Below are positions 24,362 through 37,752 of a stretch of DNA of 64,000 bases, in pieces. Source of the stretch: Entomortierella parvispora E1425 (taxonomy: Eukaryota > Fungi > Mortierellomycota); the NCBI GenBank assembly GCA_020891255.1, contig BQFW01000011.1:1054001-1118000 (forward strand), written 5' to 3'. The notes under the pieces are model-generated. The model saw only the letters and a program-made list of their open reading frames with translations, was not told where the DNA came from and did no database searches. The position numbers and the translations under genes are program-made. How positions within the stretch are numbered: the stretch's first letter is position 1; every line of letters starts with the position of its first letter.

Positions 24362-25468
24362 ACAAACAAGTCGACAATGAGTGCAGAGAAGAGGGAGATG
24401 CGGTTACACACAGTGATCCATTCCACGTTTTGAACCTTGATGCAGGATGTGAATGAGGAATGAGAATGAATGTCGGCACAATGTTGCAGTGGCAGGTTGT
24501 GAAGGGGACAATCGGAATCGAGGAAACGATAGATAGACAAAAATAGGAAAAGATCAAAGAGGCAACAAGCGACCCGTGTCTTCTTTTCTTCTGGAGGGCC
24601 ATCATCAAGCCAAAGCAGGCAAAAGGGGGAGATGAATACTGACGGGACGACGAGGGAAAAACAAGGAGGACCAGGAGCAGCAAGTCAAGGAGATGGCGGA
24701 GAGAAGGATAATGAGCGGTGGTACTTGGTCAGTTTTCATCTGCAAGAGAGCAAAGCACGCCGCTTGCTATGGACGTCCTAGGCTTGCATGTGGAACGAGA
24801 TGGTCCTCTCACTGTGGCCGCTTGCTTTGAAGTTGATCATGTTCACCAGCTCGATGTAATGGCTGTGCGCTTTGTCCGGTTACGGACGCAGCGCGTACAG
24901 AGAGACAATGGACGCGTTTCGGCTGGTGCTTTGTGGAGGAGGAGGGTTCGGCTGGTGCAACGTTGCAGGCCGGATAAATTGAGCCGAGAGAAGCAGAGTC
25001 GCTCGCAGAACAGACAAAAAATGAACTTTTATAGGCATTGGAGATTGGCAATCAGACGGCAGACGTTCGAAGGACAGCCGAGAGTGCAATAGGGAAGAAG
25101 GTCACGATCGGGCAGAGATGGTTGTTGTGGTGGATGCAGTGCGATTGTGTCGCTGGATGGGGCTCCGGCAGGTGTGGCAGCGCGATTTGGAGCACGATCG
25201 ATCGGTTGCATCCGGAAAGTCACCCCCCCACAACGCCTTTTTAAGCGATGAGCCAGGGTCTCTTTTTTTTCTTTCTTCTTCGTTTTCCGCAACACCAACA
25301 CCCTTTCTTCCTTTTACTCCACCCCACCCAGCCTTACTTCTTGCATTTTCTTCTTGCTCTCCTCCTTCCATTCCATTATCCTTCTCATCTCCCATTCGTT
25401 TCTTTATATTCTTTTTGTCGTCTCCCGCGTCACTCTCCCTCGGCCCATTTCGGCTCACCAACGACGCC

Positions 25469-27534
25469 ATGACTACTGCAACTTCTTCCTCGACTCAGCT
25501 AGCTACCTTAATCCGGGCCTTGAAACCTATCTTTACTCGCCGTAGCCTTGCCAAGATCGTCGGCGCATACCTCCTTGTTCTGATTTTTCGCTACCGTGAC
25601 ACACCTCTGGGCGTTCAGAGACGGCCAGACCTGAAGGGTCCGTGGGCGCTTCCCTTGCTTGGAAATCTTTACCAGATCATCAGTCTGCCAAGAAATGAAG
25701 TCTTGCAGCGACAAACCTTGAACCACGAAAAGTTTGGCAGTGTTTACGCCATGACCATCCCTGGTTCGTTTTTTTTTTTTTTTTTTTTTTTTTTTTTCAC
25801 TGCTAGTTGCTTGTTCCACTTGCCGAACCACACGTTCTTAACATCTGCTATTCTCTTCTGTTTGTCCAGGTGTTGGCAGAATCATCAACATCATCGACCC
25901 GGACATGGTTGATCACGTTTTGAGAGTCAATTTCTGGGCGTACGAGAAAGGCTCTCATATGAGAACCATGCTCGGGCCCTTAGTTGGTCAAGGTGAGAAA
26001 GGAAGTTAAATCAGATCGCTCGAAACCACGATTGGCAGACTGAGGACATATACCTTCGTTCTTCACTAGGAATCTTTGGAGCTGACGGAGAGCACTGGAA
26101 GTGGCAAAGGAAGCTTGGTAAGGACTGACTAGAGCGGAGAAAGATCCCCTCTCAAACTATTTGAACTAACGGCCGTGGACCTTCTCTGTACGCCATCACA
26201 GCCAGCCATATTTTCAACGTCAAAGCTTTCAGGACCTACACCTCGAATGTATTTTGCCAGGAGGGACAGCACGTGGTGGATTACCTCTCATCGGTCGCGG
26301 ATACTGGTGAGGTAGTGGATCTTCAGGAGCTATTTTACAAATTCACCCTCGAGTCCTTTGGTGAAATTGCTTTTGGAGAGTCTTTTGGTTGCCTCAAAGA
26401 TCCGAAAAAAGAGGTTCCTTTTGCCCAGGCTTTCGATCGGCTTAACCATGCCCTTTCAGAACGCTTCATCTCCCCAATTTGGAAGCTTGTGGAATGGAGG
26501 ACCGGCAGAGGCAAACAGGTGGAAAAGGACACTCAGTTGATCTACGATTTCGCTTATCGAGTAATTCGAAAGCGTCGAGAAGAAGGATTCCAATCCGACA
26601 ACAAGAACCTCATGCAACTGTTCATGGAGGCTCATGACGAAACTGGTGAACCTCTCTCGGATGAGATGTTAAAGGTATACGTGAACAACCCCCGTTCGTT
26701 AATTTCCAAAACGAAGAAGTACTGACATTAAATCTTGGTCCCTATCGTAGGACACATGCCTGAACTTCATCATCGCAGGAAGGGACACCACGGCGCAAGC
26801 TTTGGCTTGGTGCTTCTACTTGATGCATCGTACAGGAGCCGATCCAGCTGTTTTCCAGAATCTTACGGAGGAGACCGATCGAATCCTCCAGGGCGGTTAT
26901 CCGTCTTATGAGTCTGTGAAGCAACAGAAGTACGCAGAGGCATGCTTCCATGAGACACTGCGATTGTATCCTTCCGTGCCAAAGAATATAAAAGTTTGTG
27001 TTCAGGATGATGTCCTCCCAGGAGGCGTGAAGGTTCATCGGGGTGAAAAGATTGGGTGGTCTTCTTGGGCCATGGGTCGCAATGTTGGCATCTGGGGAGC
27101 CGACGCAAAGGAATTTAATCCAGAGCGCTGGCTGAATGGCGAAAAGCCCTCGCAATCAAAATTTGTGTCTTTCCATCTCGGACCTCGTACCTGGTAAAAT
27201 AATAATTGCAACTCTCGTGGATGGGTCTTCAAAAATCACAGTGCTTCAAACCACTCGTTAACACTGCATTTTTTTTTATTAGCCTTGGGCAACAATTCGC
27301 AACTATCGAAGCAATTACCCTTATGTCGATGCTAGCCCAAAAGTTTACCTTCCAACTCATTGAGCCCGACAAGGAGCCTGCCTATTTGCCAAGGTGAATA
27401 CTAAATCCATCGATCTTCTCAATGTGACGACAGATGTCTCATGCTAATCCGCTGGCTTTCCATTGCAATTCGATGAAAATAGCTTGACATTGCCTATGCA
27501 GACCGGACTGCCTGTGCGCGTCTATCGTCGCTAG
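25469..27534 (+). CDS. Cytochrome P450, fatty-acid omega-hydroxylase-like (resembles CYP86/94/704-type enzymes), multi-exon
   Basis: GPWALPLLGN, WKWQRK, NFIIAGRDTTAQ (I-helix), ETLRLYP (ExxR), FNPERW, and heme motif FHLGPRTC|LGQQFA with the Cys codon split by an intron. Confidence 0.95.
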
Positions 27535-28403
27535 GACCTATCATGTGTAAAGTTAATAAAATTATAGGGTTGAAAAGGCAAGGCAATCGTGAATCGTGTG
27601 CTGGTTGTTGTCCAAAAGCCGACTTTGAACCAACACCGACTGCAGCCTTGGCGACACAATGCTACTTTGGACAACTGTAGTCTCGTCCTCTGGCCTTCGC
27701 AGAGGTGATCCCAGGGCTGATGAGGAGAATAGGTGCTAGCTAGGCGAGAATGAAGTGGCACTTCCAGAAATGGGATGTGACAAGACAAAAAAAGGGCAAT
27801 GGTCACCTTTTTTTATTGGAAAAATCTAGGGGGGCAGGCAACAGTAATGATCGAGCTCCACGTTGGGGATGGGAATTTGAAGTGGTGGGAAAGGCTAGAG
27901 GGCGCTGGAATTTACCCTTGGTGGACTGAGATCAATTTGAACCCTGCATTGACAGGATATGGGCCGGTGGCAAGCGAGTATTGCTTCCTGAACATGAAGG
28001 GAGGCGCCAAGAACATCTTGATACAAAATTATTAAGATCCGAAGAGCTCTATATCCCTATATTATTCCTGCCAAATTAAAAAAAAAAACCACCAAACAAA
28101 AGGTCTTCAACCGATTAGTCTTAATACGATGCTACTTTCATGCCTTGGGTCTTGCTCGCGGTTGAGGCTGCCTGTTCATGGAGATTGTTGGTTATCATTA
28201 CATTTGGGCTCGTAGTCCTAAGTTTGGGTGTGAAGGATATCGACTTTCGGAGTTCTTCATCTCCATCAACAAAAATGAAAAAAGTAATTTTTTTTCATTT
28301 TATTTTCCTGGGTAGTGAAAGACTATGACCAGACAAAGTCTATTGGGCTGGGAGCGCCCCGCGCAGATGCCACGATTCGTTGCCGTGTAATAACACGTGG
28401 AGT

Positions 28404-29273
28404 TCACTTAAAAGATGGAATCTTAAAGTACCGAAGATCTTGCCAGTCCTTGAACGATTGAACATCCCAATTGAAGGCCCCCCAATGGATAATAAAGTCG
28501 CCTGGCCGATACATCTCGTAAAGCTTCTTCATTTTCCAGTACGAGTTAAAGCTGCACTGGGGCAGGTACTTGACCTTCTTGTGCTCCTCCAGTTCTGCAG
28601 TCTTCTCCAGTACGCCAATCATCCAATCCTGTTCGTGGTTGTAGGCCTCCAGCTTGGACCAGACAATGTCAATGAACTTGCGCGACCAATCGTCATTCTT
28701 GAGGAAAAAGACCCCAGCGTTGAAGCAGTAGTAGTCCTTTGTGGCAATAAAAGGGTATCGGTTGTCGATGAACCGCTCCAGTCGAATATCCATATTGGCG
28801 AATAAAGCGTCTGTGTCCATCCAGAAAATCCAGTCATGGTCATCCTTGGCAAGCTCGTCCTTGATCATCTTGATCTTGGCCCAAGCTGGGACAGCTCCTA
28901 CGGCCATCACCTCTTCAAAGTAATGCGTCACATTCGAATCCTGGAGATCATATCGACCCTGGTGATGGGCTACATATTCCCGGCGGTTATAGTGAGAGTA
29001 CTCTCCCAGTCGACGGCACTTCGAGTCCGGATCGGGGTTGTTGCAGACTTGGCCAGAGAGAATGACGATCCTGGGGTCACGGTATTTGATGTGTTGGCTG
29101 TTGTCGTTCTCTGCAGCAGAAATGGGTCGTCCTGTTTGATAAATGGGGTCGACGTAGGGTATACATGTTCTTGGAAAGTGAACAAAGATGTAGGGGCCAA
29201 CGAGGGCTGCGACCAAGGCACAAAAGACGATCAGGGAGAATATCCGCTTGGTCTTGAACCGAAGAATTGCCAT
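28404..29273 (-). CDS. Glycosyltransferase family 34 (Mnn10/Mnn11/Gma12-like)
   Basis: Single-exon 289-aa ORF with a type II TM anchor, WAKI, DWIFWMDTDALF (DxD), FNAGVFFLKN, HEQD, FNSY, GDFIIH. Confidence 0.9.
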   Translation of the reverse strand: MAILRFKTKRIFSLIVFCALVAALVGPYIFVHFPRTCIPYVDPIYQTGRPISAAENDNSQHIKYRDPRIVILSGQVCNNPDPDSKCRRLGEYSHYNRREYVAHHQGRYDLQDSNVTHYFEEVMAVGAVPAWAKIKMIKDELAKDDHDWIFWMDTDALFANMDIRLERFIDNRYPFIATKDYYCFNAGVFFLKNDDWSRKFIDIVWSKLEAYNHEQDWMIGVLEKTAELEEHKKVKYLPQCSFNSYWKMKKLYEMYRPGDFIIHWGAFNWDVQSFKDWQDLRYFKIPSFK

Positions 29274-29919
29274 TTAAGAGAGAGCGGGTGATTCACTCGT
29301 CAATGTTATCCACCGTCGTGATTTATGAGGCTGGTAGTCAATAGGAAAGGGGGGCAACAGATGGAAGCGAACAGCAAGAGGAGGGCAAGAGGGGATGAAT
29401 GAAGAAAGAGGAAGGAAAAGGAGCAGCATCTAAAAAAGAAGCGAAAGAAAGGGCGGGGAGGAAACGATGAGAGCAAAAAAAAAAAAAGGGCTTTCAAACT
29501 CAGTGCATGCTGGTGGATCTGCACTGCCATTTATTTACCGAGGTCCGACTCTTGGGTTTTGAGTTGCTCCGAGGAGCCTTCACCGCCTTCACCGCCTTCA
29601 CTCGCCATTTGGGTTTGAAGGTTTGTTTCTCTGGTTGTGTGGTGTTTGATGCCTAAAAGATCTCTCTTATTCTCGTGCCTTCTCGGAGGAGCCAAGTATC
29701 CAAACGAGTAGCAGCGACGCAGAATGAGAGGTGTACAGATGAAAGAAGACACCTCTGTCACCCAACCGCGTCCAAGCTCTGCCCATATATGTCGGGGGCT
29801 TAGGCGATTTGGACCAAATCCACCATTCCTCAGTTTGGAGGTCTTTTTTTTTTCTCGATGGCCGCACCACTGGGGATCGCAAGTTGCATCTGCAAGGACC
29901 TTGGTTAGGATCATATTTA

Positions 29920-32900
29920 TTATAGCTGATATATGGCAGAGCCGAACATGGAGCCATCGAGCTGTCGACATTTGTTAGAGAACTGATGCACTTCGTCCTT
30001 GAAGCGTTTGGGGCTCCTTGTCCTAGCATACATATATAGCCAATGGTCAAAGGTGTCAGCAGCCTGATTTCTTTCATATCATGAACGATCCACAGTCAAA
30101 TTCTTACTGGAGAATGCCTTTTAAAAATTTCTCTTTCGATAGAGAGTCTGCATGCTTGGAAGGAAACTCTGACTTTTTTTTTTTTAAAAAAAAAAACAGA
30201 GAGAGAGATGTAAATTAATCGCCAGTCCAAGGGAGGTCATATTCATCCCGTCATGGTCTTACCTCGGCGAGCAAGGTTTGCATCCAGGCGCGGCATTCCT
30301 GTGGGTACTTCCCCACCAAGGGGTACAAAGTGTCGTTCAATTGTGGAACCATGCTTCTAGGAACCTGTCCGCCAATCCCCTACAAATCAATTGGATTCAA
30401 AGGTGAATACTTCAATCTTTTGAGTAGGCACCCTATAGAAATTATCAACAACATACCAAGAGGATACCCCGCAGCATCTGCGGCCCTATCCTTGATATGA
30501 GGCTATCAATTCGCTGCCTCAGCTCTAATTGTTCGTAACCTTGGTTTACAAATTCAATCTGTGGTTGTTGAAGTAAATCAAAACAAGGAATGTCGGTAAA
30601 TTTCAGCTGAACTAGGTGCTAAATTTGCAATCCATCGTCGACATGGTCTCACGTACCAAAAACAATAACGTCGCCTTCAATGCGAGGCGTTCCTGTAATG
30701 CTAAACCGGCTATCGCAAATCGCATCAATGCCTCACTCTGCTCTTCGGGGGCACTATAAAATGCCAAAGGTGCATGTCGAACAAACTGGATATATGAAGC
30801 CATTTAGTACTGCAGTTTAAGACGGTGCTCGCACAAGTTATTCACACTTAATACCTGAGACAGGACCGCGAAAAAAGAGTGGACAGTGTCAGGGTGGGAC
30901 TCCATGTCTAATAAGCCAGCAGTTTTCTTTGAGGTTAGTCATTAGAGAGCAAGATCAATCTCGTCAAAGAAAGCAAGATAAAGCAGCCTGTTTAATACCT
31001 GACAGGGATTGCATGCCCTCCATGGTCTTGGCAATCATAACTGCCAAGAGTCTTGCGAACAGTCTCTCGTTCTCAAGCTCTCCTGGCGATTGTTGTCGAT
31101 GAGGAACGGACACATTCGAGACACTGTCTAGATTCAGGATAGACTGCTTGGAGATATCGCCAAGGTACGACTCTGAGCTGAAAGACTCGCTCATAGCTGG
31201 TGTCGTTACAGGTACGTTGGTGCTCAGTTTTGAAGCCAGGGACCCTCCTGTAGATTCGTAGTAATACACGGACACAACCCGCGCACATGCATCAAGCCAG
31301 CAAGGGAAGGCGTGTTGTTGATACCCTGTTTCGATCACTTGGGTGATTGCTGAGAGTGGCAAGTACAATGGAGAAAAGTGTGACACTGTCATCATGGTCT
31401 TCACAAGAAGACTTGTTTTCTATTGGAAACCGTCGAGGGAGTCAGACATCAGAACCAATTCACTCAAAAAAAAAAAAAAAAGGCAATTACCTCCGCAACC
31501 TCTGGTTCATGGGGCCACATCATCACAGCGCCATGAATAATGTGCTCCATTGATCGAAGCAGTTCTACAGCCATGCCACCAGATGCTAAAGAGCGAGCTC
31601 GGTCCTCCATTGTCCTTTGATACAGTTGAATCCTCTCTTCCCCGGTTCGCATCTCATCATCCAAAGGAGATTGCAAGCCCTTGCAGCACGAGAGCAAGAA
31701 TCCAAGCTGGAGCACAATCGAACTAGTTAGGGGATCAAGATCGCTCTCTCCGTTGCTGTTTGTTTGTCGACTTTTGTTGATTTCAGAGTTGTCAACTGCA
31801 ATGATCTGTTTCCGCGTTTCCAAGCATTCATTGGACCTTGCAAAGATGTCTCCAAGTAGTCCCTATATGCCACCAGTTTCAGATCAGTTTCAGATCCACA
31901 GCAGTTAATTGTCATCGAAATTAATTGTCATCGACAGTTCAAAGTTACCACAAGAGGACTGATACTCCGTTCCACTGGGAGTGTCTGAATGACTGTAGAA
32001 ATGGAGAACACGACGCTTCCTTTGATAGAGGGATCAATGGCCTTCTCGACATTCGCAAATACAGTCATAAAGGCATCGATGGCTTCCACAAGCGATTCCC
32101 GGCAAGTGTCGCAAATATTTTTGAGCGCTTTCGCAGCGTATGGCGCCAGCAACGGTATTTCGAGAGCCGGAATCACAAAATTAAGAACAGGCAGAAGGAA
32201 TTGTGGATGTACTTTAAACCAGTCAGCGTAAGACCCTAGAAGAAGATTGCAAAAGGTGAGTCTAGTCAATCCGTTTGGTATCAATCAGTCAGTCAGTCAA
32301 AAAAAAGGAAAAGAAAAGGTGCGATCGTTTGTTACCAATTAGACCAAGGGCAGTTTCGCGTGCCCTGCAAACCACATTGGTGGGCAGTCGACCAAATATA
32401 CGATCACTGAAGAACCTGGGCATTTGGTCACTTTCGGTATGAGGCACCACCTCAGACAGAGCCTTTAGGCAATAGAGTGTGGCCTCTAGTCCAACGAGCT
32501 CTGACTCCAAAGGTTGATTATGGGCGAGATTCGGGCCCATCCTGTTCGCTTCCTGAATCCTGTCGAGTTGAACTGAGCAAGTGTCGATTAACTGAGCTAG
32601 TATTTTTTGGTGCAGTACGTGATACGAGTTGATCAATGTGTCTGCAATCTCTTGGCGATGGCCTGAAAACTCCTGCCGAACATCGCGAGCCCATGTAAGC
32701 CAGTCCTTATTTAACGGGAACTCCAGTTTCTTCCGCAAGACCTCAACAAGACGACTATATACTTGGATCGACGCTAGCTTGATGCTTTGTAAGGATTCTC
32801 TTTCCAGACCCAGAGTATTGGATACCGACGAAACGCAGGATAGCGCTGTGTGTTGATCGTAGTCAAATCCATTGCCGGAGGTATCCTCATAATTCTCTGT

Positions 32901-34701
32901 TGGTAGCTCGCTTATGGACTCCTGCAGCATGTACCAAAAGTTCAAAGTCATATCGCTAGTACTTTCATCCTCTGCATAATATCCTGGAAACCCTGCAAAA
33001 CCCATCATCATCCCCAGATAGACAATGATGTCTGGACGGAGAAATTTTGCTGCTATCCAGTCAGAAAAATTGTCGCCAAAGGTTGAGAGCAGCTGGCAAA
33101 GGCTTTTGCCAACATTTTCGTCTTCTGCCTGAATGGATTCTACTAGCTTGGACTGCGCCCATTGGCTGGCGAAGCATGGCATCAAACCTTCGCAAATGGT
33201 ATCCTGGTGCCTTGCGCCTGCCTTTGAAGACATGATCTCGGACCAGACATCCGCAGCAGCATCGAAAGTGTTGTCGTCGAGCAAAGAGTTCATGGCCAAT
33301 CCTAACAGCGGTTGAAATACTCTAATGATCGTGTGATGTCTAATCAGCTCGAGAATTCATGTATCTCAAATGTTCAATTGCAAGAGTTACTTACTCGAAA
33401 GAGATTCCATATTGCACCCAGCTCCTGAGACAGACAAGGGCCCTTGACTTGGAAGCAATGTTTCCGCCGACCAAGATCTCCTCAATAAACCTCATGACAA
33501 CTGGTACGCCATTCGAAACGTCGCTGGACAATTTCGCCCTATAAAGCCAACGTGCCAGTTTAGTACTATGAGGCTGAAACATATCACCTCTGGTTCAGTA
33601 TGAATATGTTCGACTGGGTCCTGTAATATGCCTACTTTTTTACGGGTTCCAGATCCACCCGTCCAAGTTCTTCGGGAAGGATCGTCAAAAATTCCAGCAG
33701 CATAACTTCTGTTGCTTGCTCAGTGATAAAGCTGCCTTCAACAGTTTGGCTAGATCTAGAGCGGAGATCCTGATAAACGCTCGGGATAAAATCTTTCCAG
33801 TATGTTGGCACTGCTCGAATCGCATAGGCGGCCAGCTATTGTGTCCAGACCATCATCTTGTTAGGCACCTCACTTTCTTGGATTTCCGTAGTGCTATGGG
33901 AAATCGATCTACTTACGGCAAGACAAAGCTTTGTCCGGATGAATGTTGGACCACCAGAGAACCGTACCAGCCAGCGAATTAGCTCTGCTCGCATCCATTC
34001 GATCCTCTCCTCTGGGATTGTTTGCCTAATAGTGCAATTAACTGTTAAAAAATAATCGACTTCAACGGGAGGCATACGGTAAGCACGCCACTTTCTCCTT
34101 GACTGATGAGTCTACAAAGCAAATGCAGCAAGGATCGTACCAATCCCGTGTAATTTTAACCTGATAGGTGTGTGCTCCAAAGAACTGGCTGTTCTCGTTC
34201 TATTAAATTCCAAAAATGAATGGAGATTAATTTCGCGATGGGATTTAGGAGCGGTCAAAAGAACAGGTTTTGAGCCACCAATAGCCAAACATATTAGAAT
34301 AAGAGATCAATATGCCCCAAGCATATCCTGCTAGTTACCTGAGATGACAGTAGATGTGGCGCGAGTTCCCATGCAAATGGTTCCTTTTGCAAGTTGTGGA
34401 GATATTCCTGAGCGGATTTCTGATATGACGGATCCTGGCTAGTATAGAATTGCCTAATAATCTAAACAGCAGGAACAGTCGGGCCACAAATAGGCTATGA
34501 GAACATATCCGCTCTGGTCATCATCGATATTGACCTTTTCCCCTGATCAAACTTGTTATCCTATAGCTGCTGTTCTCTTGTGATGAAGTCTGATCGTCTT
34601 CAATGTTCCCGATTCCTCATGTCGCGTTTGAGTGACATCTCTTATCAGTAGAAGGTGCATCTACTTGCCTCCTCGACTTGCGGAAGCGTTGGAACCGACA
34701 T
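29920..34701 (-). CDS. Importin-beta family karyopherin (importin-13/Mtr10-like), many exons
   Basis: N-terminus MSVPTLPQVEE|IIRQFYTSQD...LQKEPFAWELA, FIRTKLCLA, DMTLNFWYMLQE, SYADWF, and C-terminal KRFKDEVHQFSNKCRQLDGSMFG with stop at 29920. Confidence 0.88.
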
Positions 34702-34801
34702 CTCGGTAGCTGATCGCACGTTTGATGAGTGGGCTTGATGTCGCGTTGTTCAAATGAAATGGACAAATGGGAAAGGTGCAATTTTGGCCAGCAATGCATG
34801 G

Positions 34802-34810
34802 GTCACGTGA
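34802..34810 (+). promoter_or_regulatory. GTCACGTGA E-box upstream of the importin gene
   Basis: Exact motif about 100 bp upstream of ATG 34701 (-). Confidence 0.4.
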
Positions 34811-34924
34811 AAATGCAAAAAGCTCTATTTATTTTTGTTTGAATACAACGGGGTCGCACACCCCAAACGTCGTTCGCGCCATTGTCATACTACGCTAGCT
34901 CTCCTAACGTGATCCAGCACCTCT

Positions 34925-36558
34925 TTAAACAGGAAGGTTCAAGAGCATGTTGTTACCCTTCTGGTTGGGAAGGTAAGTGACGTTCTTGGCGTTGGCCAAG
35001 GTGCCGGCAATATCCTTCGAAGCCTCAATACGACGAAGCTCAATCAAACCAGCACCAGCCTTCTCCAAAGAAGCTGAGATGATCTCAGCGGCATGGCTAG
35101 ATATAGGAAGGAAGATAAAGGTATGGTCAACGCACAAGCGGGAGATAAGAAAGAATGGGCAGCCAAATATATGAATGTATAACGTACGCTTCACCCTCAG
35201 CTCTGATGATAGAGGCGTTCTTCTCCTGCTCAGCCTTCTCGACAATGAACTTGGCGCGCTCTGTGGTTCGATAAAAAGGGTTGTTAATATCCGTACTCTT
35301 TGGAACAGGAATATCGTCGCAATGAACTCCATGCTTTAAACATACCGGCTTCCTGCTGGGCAATCTGCTTTTGCTCAACAGCGTTGGTGAAGTCACGGCC
35401 GAAGGTCATGGTGGTCTATAATCGAAGTGTCAATCAATTAGCTATCAATGGTCATCCTAAGTCACTCACAATCAGGAACCCCTTTGTCACGAATCAGCAG
35501 ACATTGGCTGGGGTTAACTTACAATAGAAACATCCTCGAGTTCAATGTGGAACTCTCTAGCACGCTTAGCAAGGTCCTCGCGAATCTTTGAGGAGACGAG
35601 CTCACGCTGGGTGATAAGCTCACCGGCATCGAACTGAGCGACGATCGACTTCAAGACTTCGTTACCAATGGAAGGAAGGACACGCTCATCGTAATCCATA
35701 CCAAGCCCTTGGTAGATCTGGGAAAGGTGCTTCACCTCTGGGCGGTGGAGAACACGGAGGGTCAAAGTGACCATCTGCATATCCTTAGATCCAGTTGTCG
35801 TCGAAATGTTGCGGGGCTTGGTGCGAACGTCGAATTGAATGGCGCGCTGCAACCAGGGGACCAGAAAGTGAGTTCCCTCACCAATGGGGTTGGGCTTGAC
35901 TCCCTCCAATCTGTCGAAGATGACGGCGCGATGTCCTCCCTGAACTGTAAGATTGTGAGCGGACAAAGGATATTGGCGGTTAGTATCGAGATTTTATAGT
36001 CTTTCCAAGCCCTGGGTTACTATAAAGAAGGCGGCAAGGGTGCGGAAGGAAAGGGACATGCTAGCCCCGAGTATCGCCGAGAATTCGGGAGGGATTGATG
36101 GCAACATCAAACACCATGGAGTGTCGAGTGGCTTCTCGGTTGTCATTTGGCCAAGAGCTCGTTCTCTTCAACCCACAGGCGCCGACTCTACTCCAGCTGG
36201 GTGCAGTGTCCAGTTCGAAAGTGGATCAATCTTTGGCCAAGATCTCATAGATTCACTTCCTGCCACTTCTTGTTTCCTCGCGATCACTGGAATAGTCTAC
36301 TGCGTATTATTTCAGTCTTCGAGCGGAGGAGGTGGTAACTAGCTGCACTTATGAAATCATTGACATTGCCCAGCACTGATCCTGAGCTGTCATGCTTATT
36401 CCGAGAGGTTCGATTTGCTATGTTGACATTTTGTGCACTAAGCGGCGCCAGGTTGATTGGAGCCTATCCTTACCATCGTACATGGAGTACTGCAAGAAAG
36501 AGACAGCAGCTCCAACAGGGATGGCGACCTTGGCCAGGGTGTTGAGGATGGCAGACAT
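34925..36558 (-). CDS. PHB1: Prohibitin-1
   Basis: [16 protein letters not shown]...QYSMYD|[53 protein letters not shown], and NVTYLP at the C-terminus. Confidence 0.96.
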
Positions 36559-36712
36559 GGTGCAAGCAGATATATGTGTGAGTGTGCGTGTGGGGTGGAG
36601 GGAAAAGAGGATGCAAGCAGGAATCAGAGAATCATCTACCGCCGAGGCCTGGGACAGAGCGACGAAAGTGTGACTGCGATCATTGTTTTTTCCATGTTGG
36701 GGAATTGGTTGT

Positions 36713-36722
36713 CGCACGTGAC
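36713..36722 (-). promoter_or_regulatory. GTCACGTG E-box upstream of PHB1
   Basis: gcacgtgac on + (GTCACGTGC on -), about 160 bp upstream of ATG 36558. Confidence 0.4.
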
Positions 36723-36825
36723 GATATGTCCAAGTATTTTGTGCGCGAAGGTCGCCAACCATTCTTTCTTATATCTAGCCAACGATGTCTTCGGGGTCAT
36801 ATCCGCGACGTTTATTGTTTAAAGC

Positions 36826-37695
36826 TCAAGATATCTGGCCATTGGAAATGCTTCTGCATCGCACCAGGCCTTGGCCCGTCTTGAATGGCGTTTCCTTGTA
36901 GTATGCAACTCCATCCCGAACTGAAAAATGTTCCCTGGATTTCTCAAACCACTTTCGCTTTGGGGTAAGAACCGGTGCCGGGATGGTATCTATACGGATA
37001 ACATCATGTCAGTGCGCAGCCAATAGGCAGCCATAAGCTTCTTCAGTGTAATGAGGGTATGTGTTCCTACCTGCATCTGTGTACCCCTCCAGTGTGACCT
37101 TATCTCCTGCTTGACTTCCTTCGGCAGGTTCTAGCAATCCGACTTTAGTTACCTCTCCGTTTGATCCTTGTTCCATGGCACAAAGAAGCATCCCCTGAGA
37201 CAGTACCCCACGCAACTTTGAGGGCTTCATATTCCCGACAACAATGACGGCTCGACCTTCCAAGTACTCTTTAGGTACATGTTTGACAAGACCACTGACA
37301 ATTGTCCTCTCTGACCCGCCTTCGTTATCGTCGCCCAAATCCACTGAGCGAAAGGCAATCCGTATTCATTAGTGGGTTGCTTGTATACCATCCATATCCG
37401 ATTTTTAAGAAGTCGAAAGTATCAACCAACCTTGTTCAATATAGAGTGATTCGGCATCAGGATGGTTAGCAACCGTCCGAACGATTCCAACCCGCAGATC
37501 CAGCTTTGCAACGTGATCGTCATTATCCTGAGCAGTCTTGGAGGCCGTGGGGTTTATTGTCTTCGGTCTAGAGCTTACGGCCTCCTCGGCTGAACTGGTA
37601 CTTTCCATGCTTGAAAGGTTCAGCACCATCGAGGTCAACGACGGGCTAGGAGTCTCCTCGGGCGAGAGGCTGGTACTGTTATCCTTTGATGTCAA
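36826..37695 (-). CDS. tRNA-binding OB-fold protein (Arc1/EMAP-II/AIMP1 C-domain); 5' end uncertain
   Basis: LDLRVG...HPDAESLYIEQ|VDLG...RTIVSGLVKH, NMKPSKLRGVLSQGMLLCA, LLEP, final exon LTPKRKWFE...SISNGQIS*. Confidence 0.88.
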
Positions 37696-37752
37696 TTCTA
37701 TAAAGAGATATCACGGGTGTTAATTCTTCTCTGCTTCTGCTTTCGACCGTAT

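Noticed and set aside
27799-28035. 78-aa Trp-rich ORF between the P450 and GT34 genes
   Set aside because: No recognisable motif or splice support; lies in a convergent 3' region.
25469-29273. P450 + glycosyltransferase as a biosynthetic gene cluster
   Set aside because: No backbone enzyme nearby, GT34 enzymes are Golgi glycan enzymes, and the genes are convergent among housekeeping neighbours.
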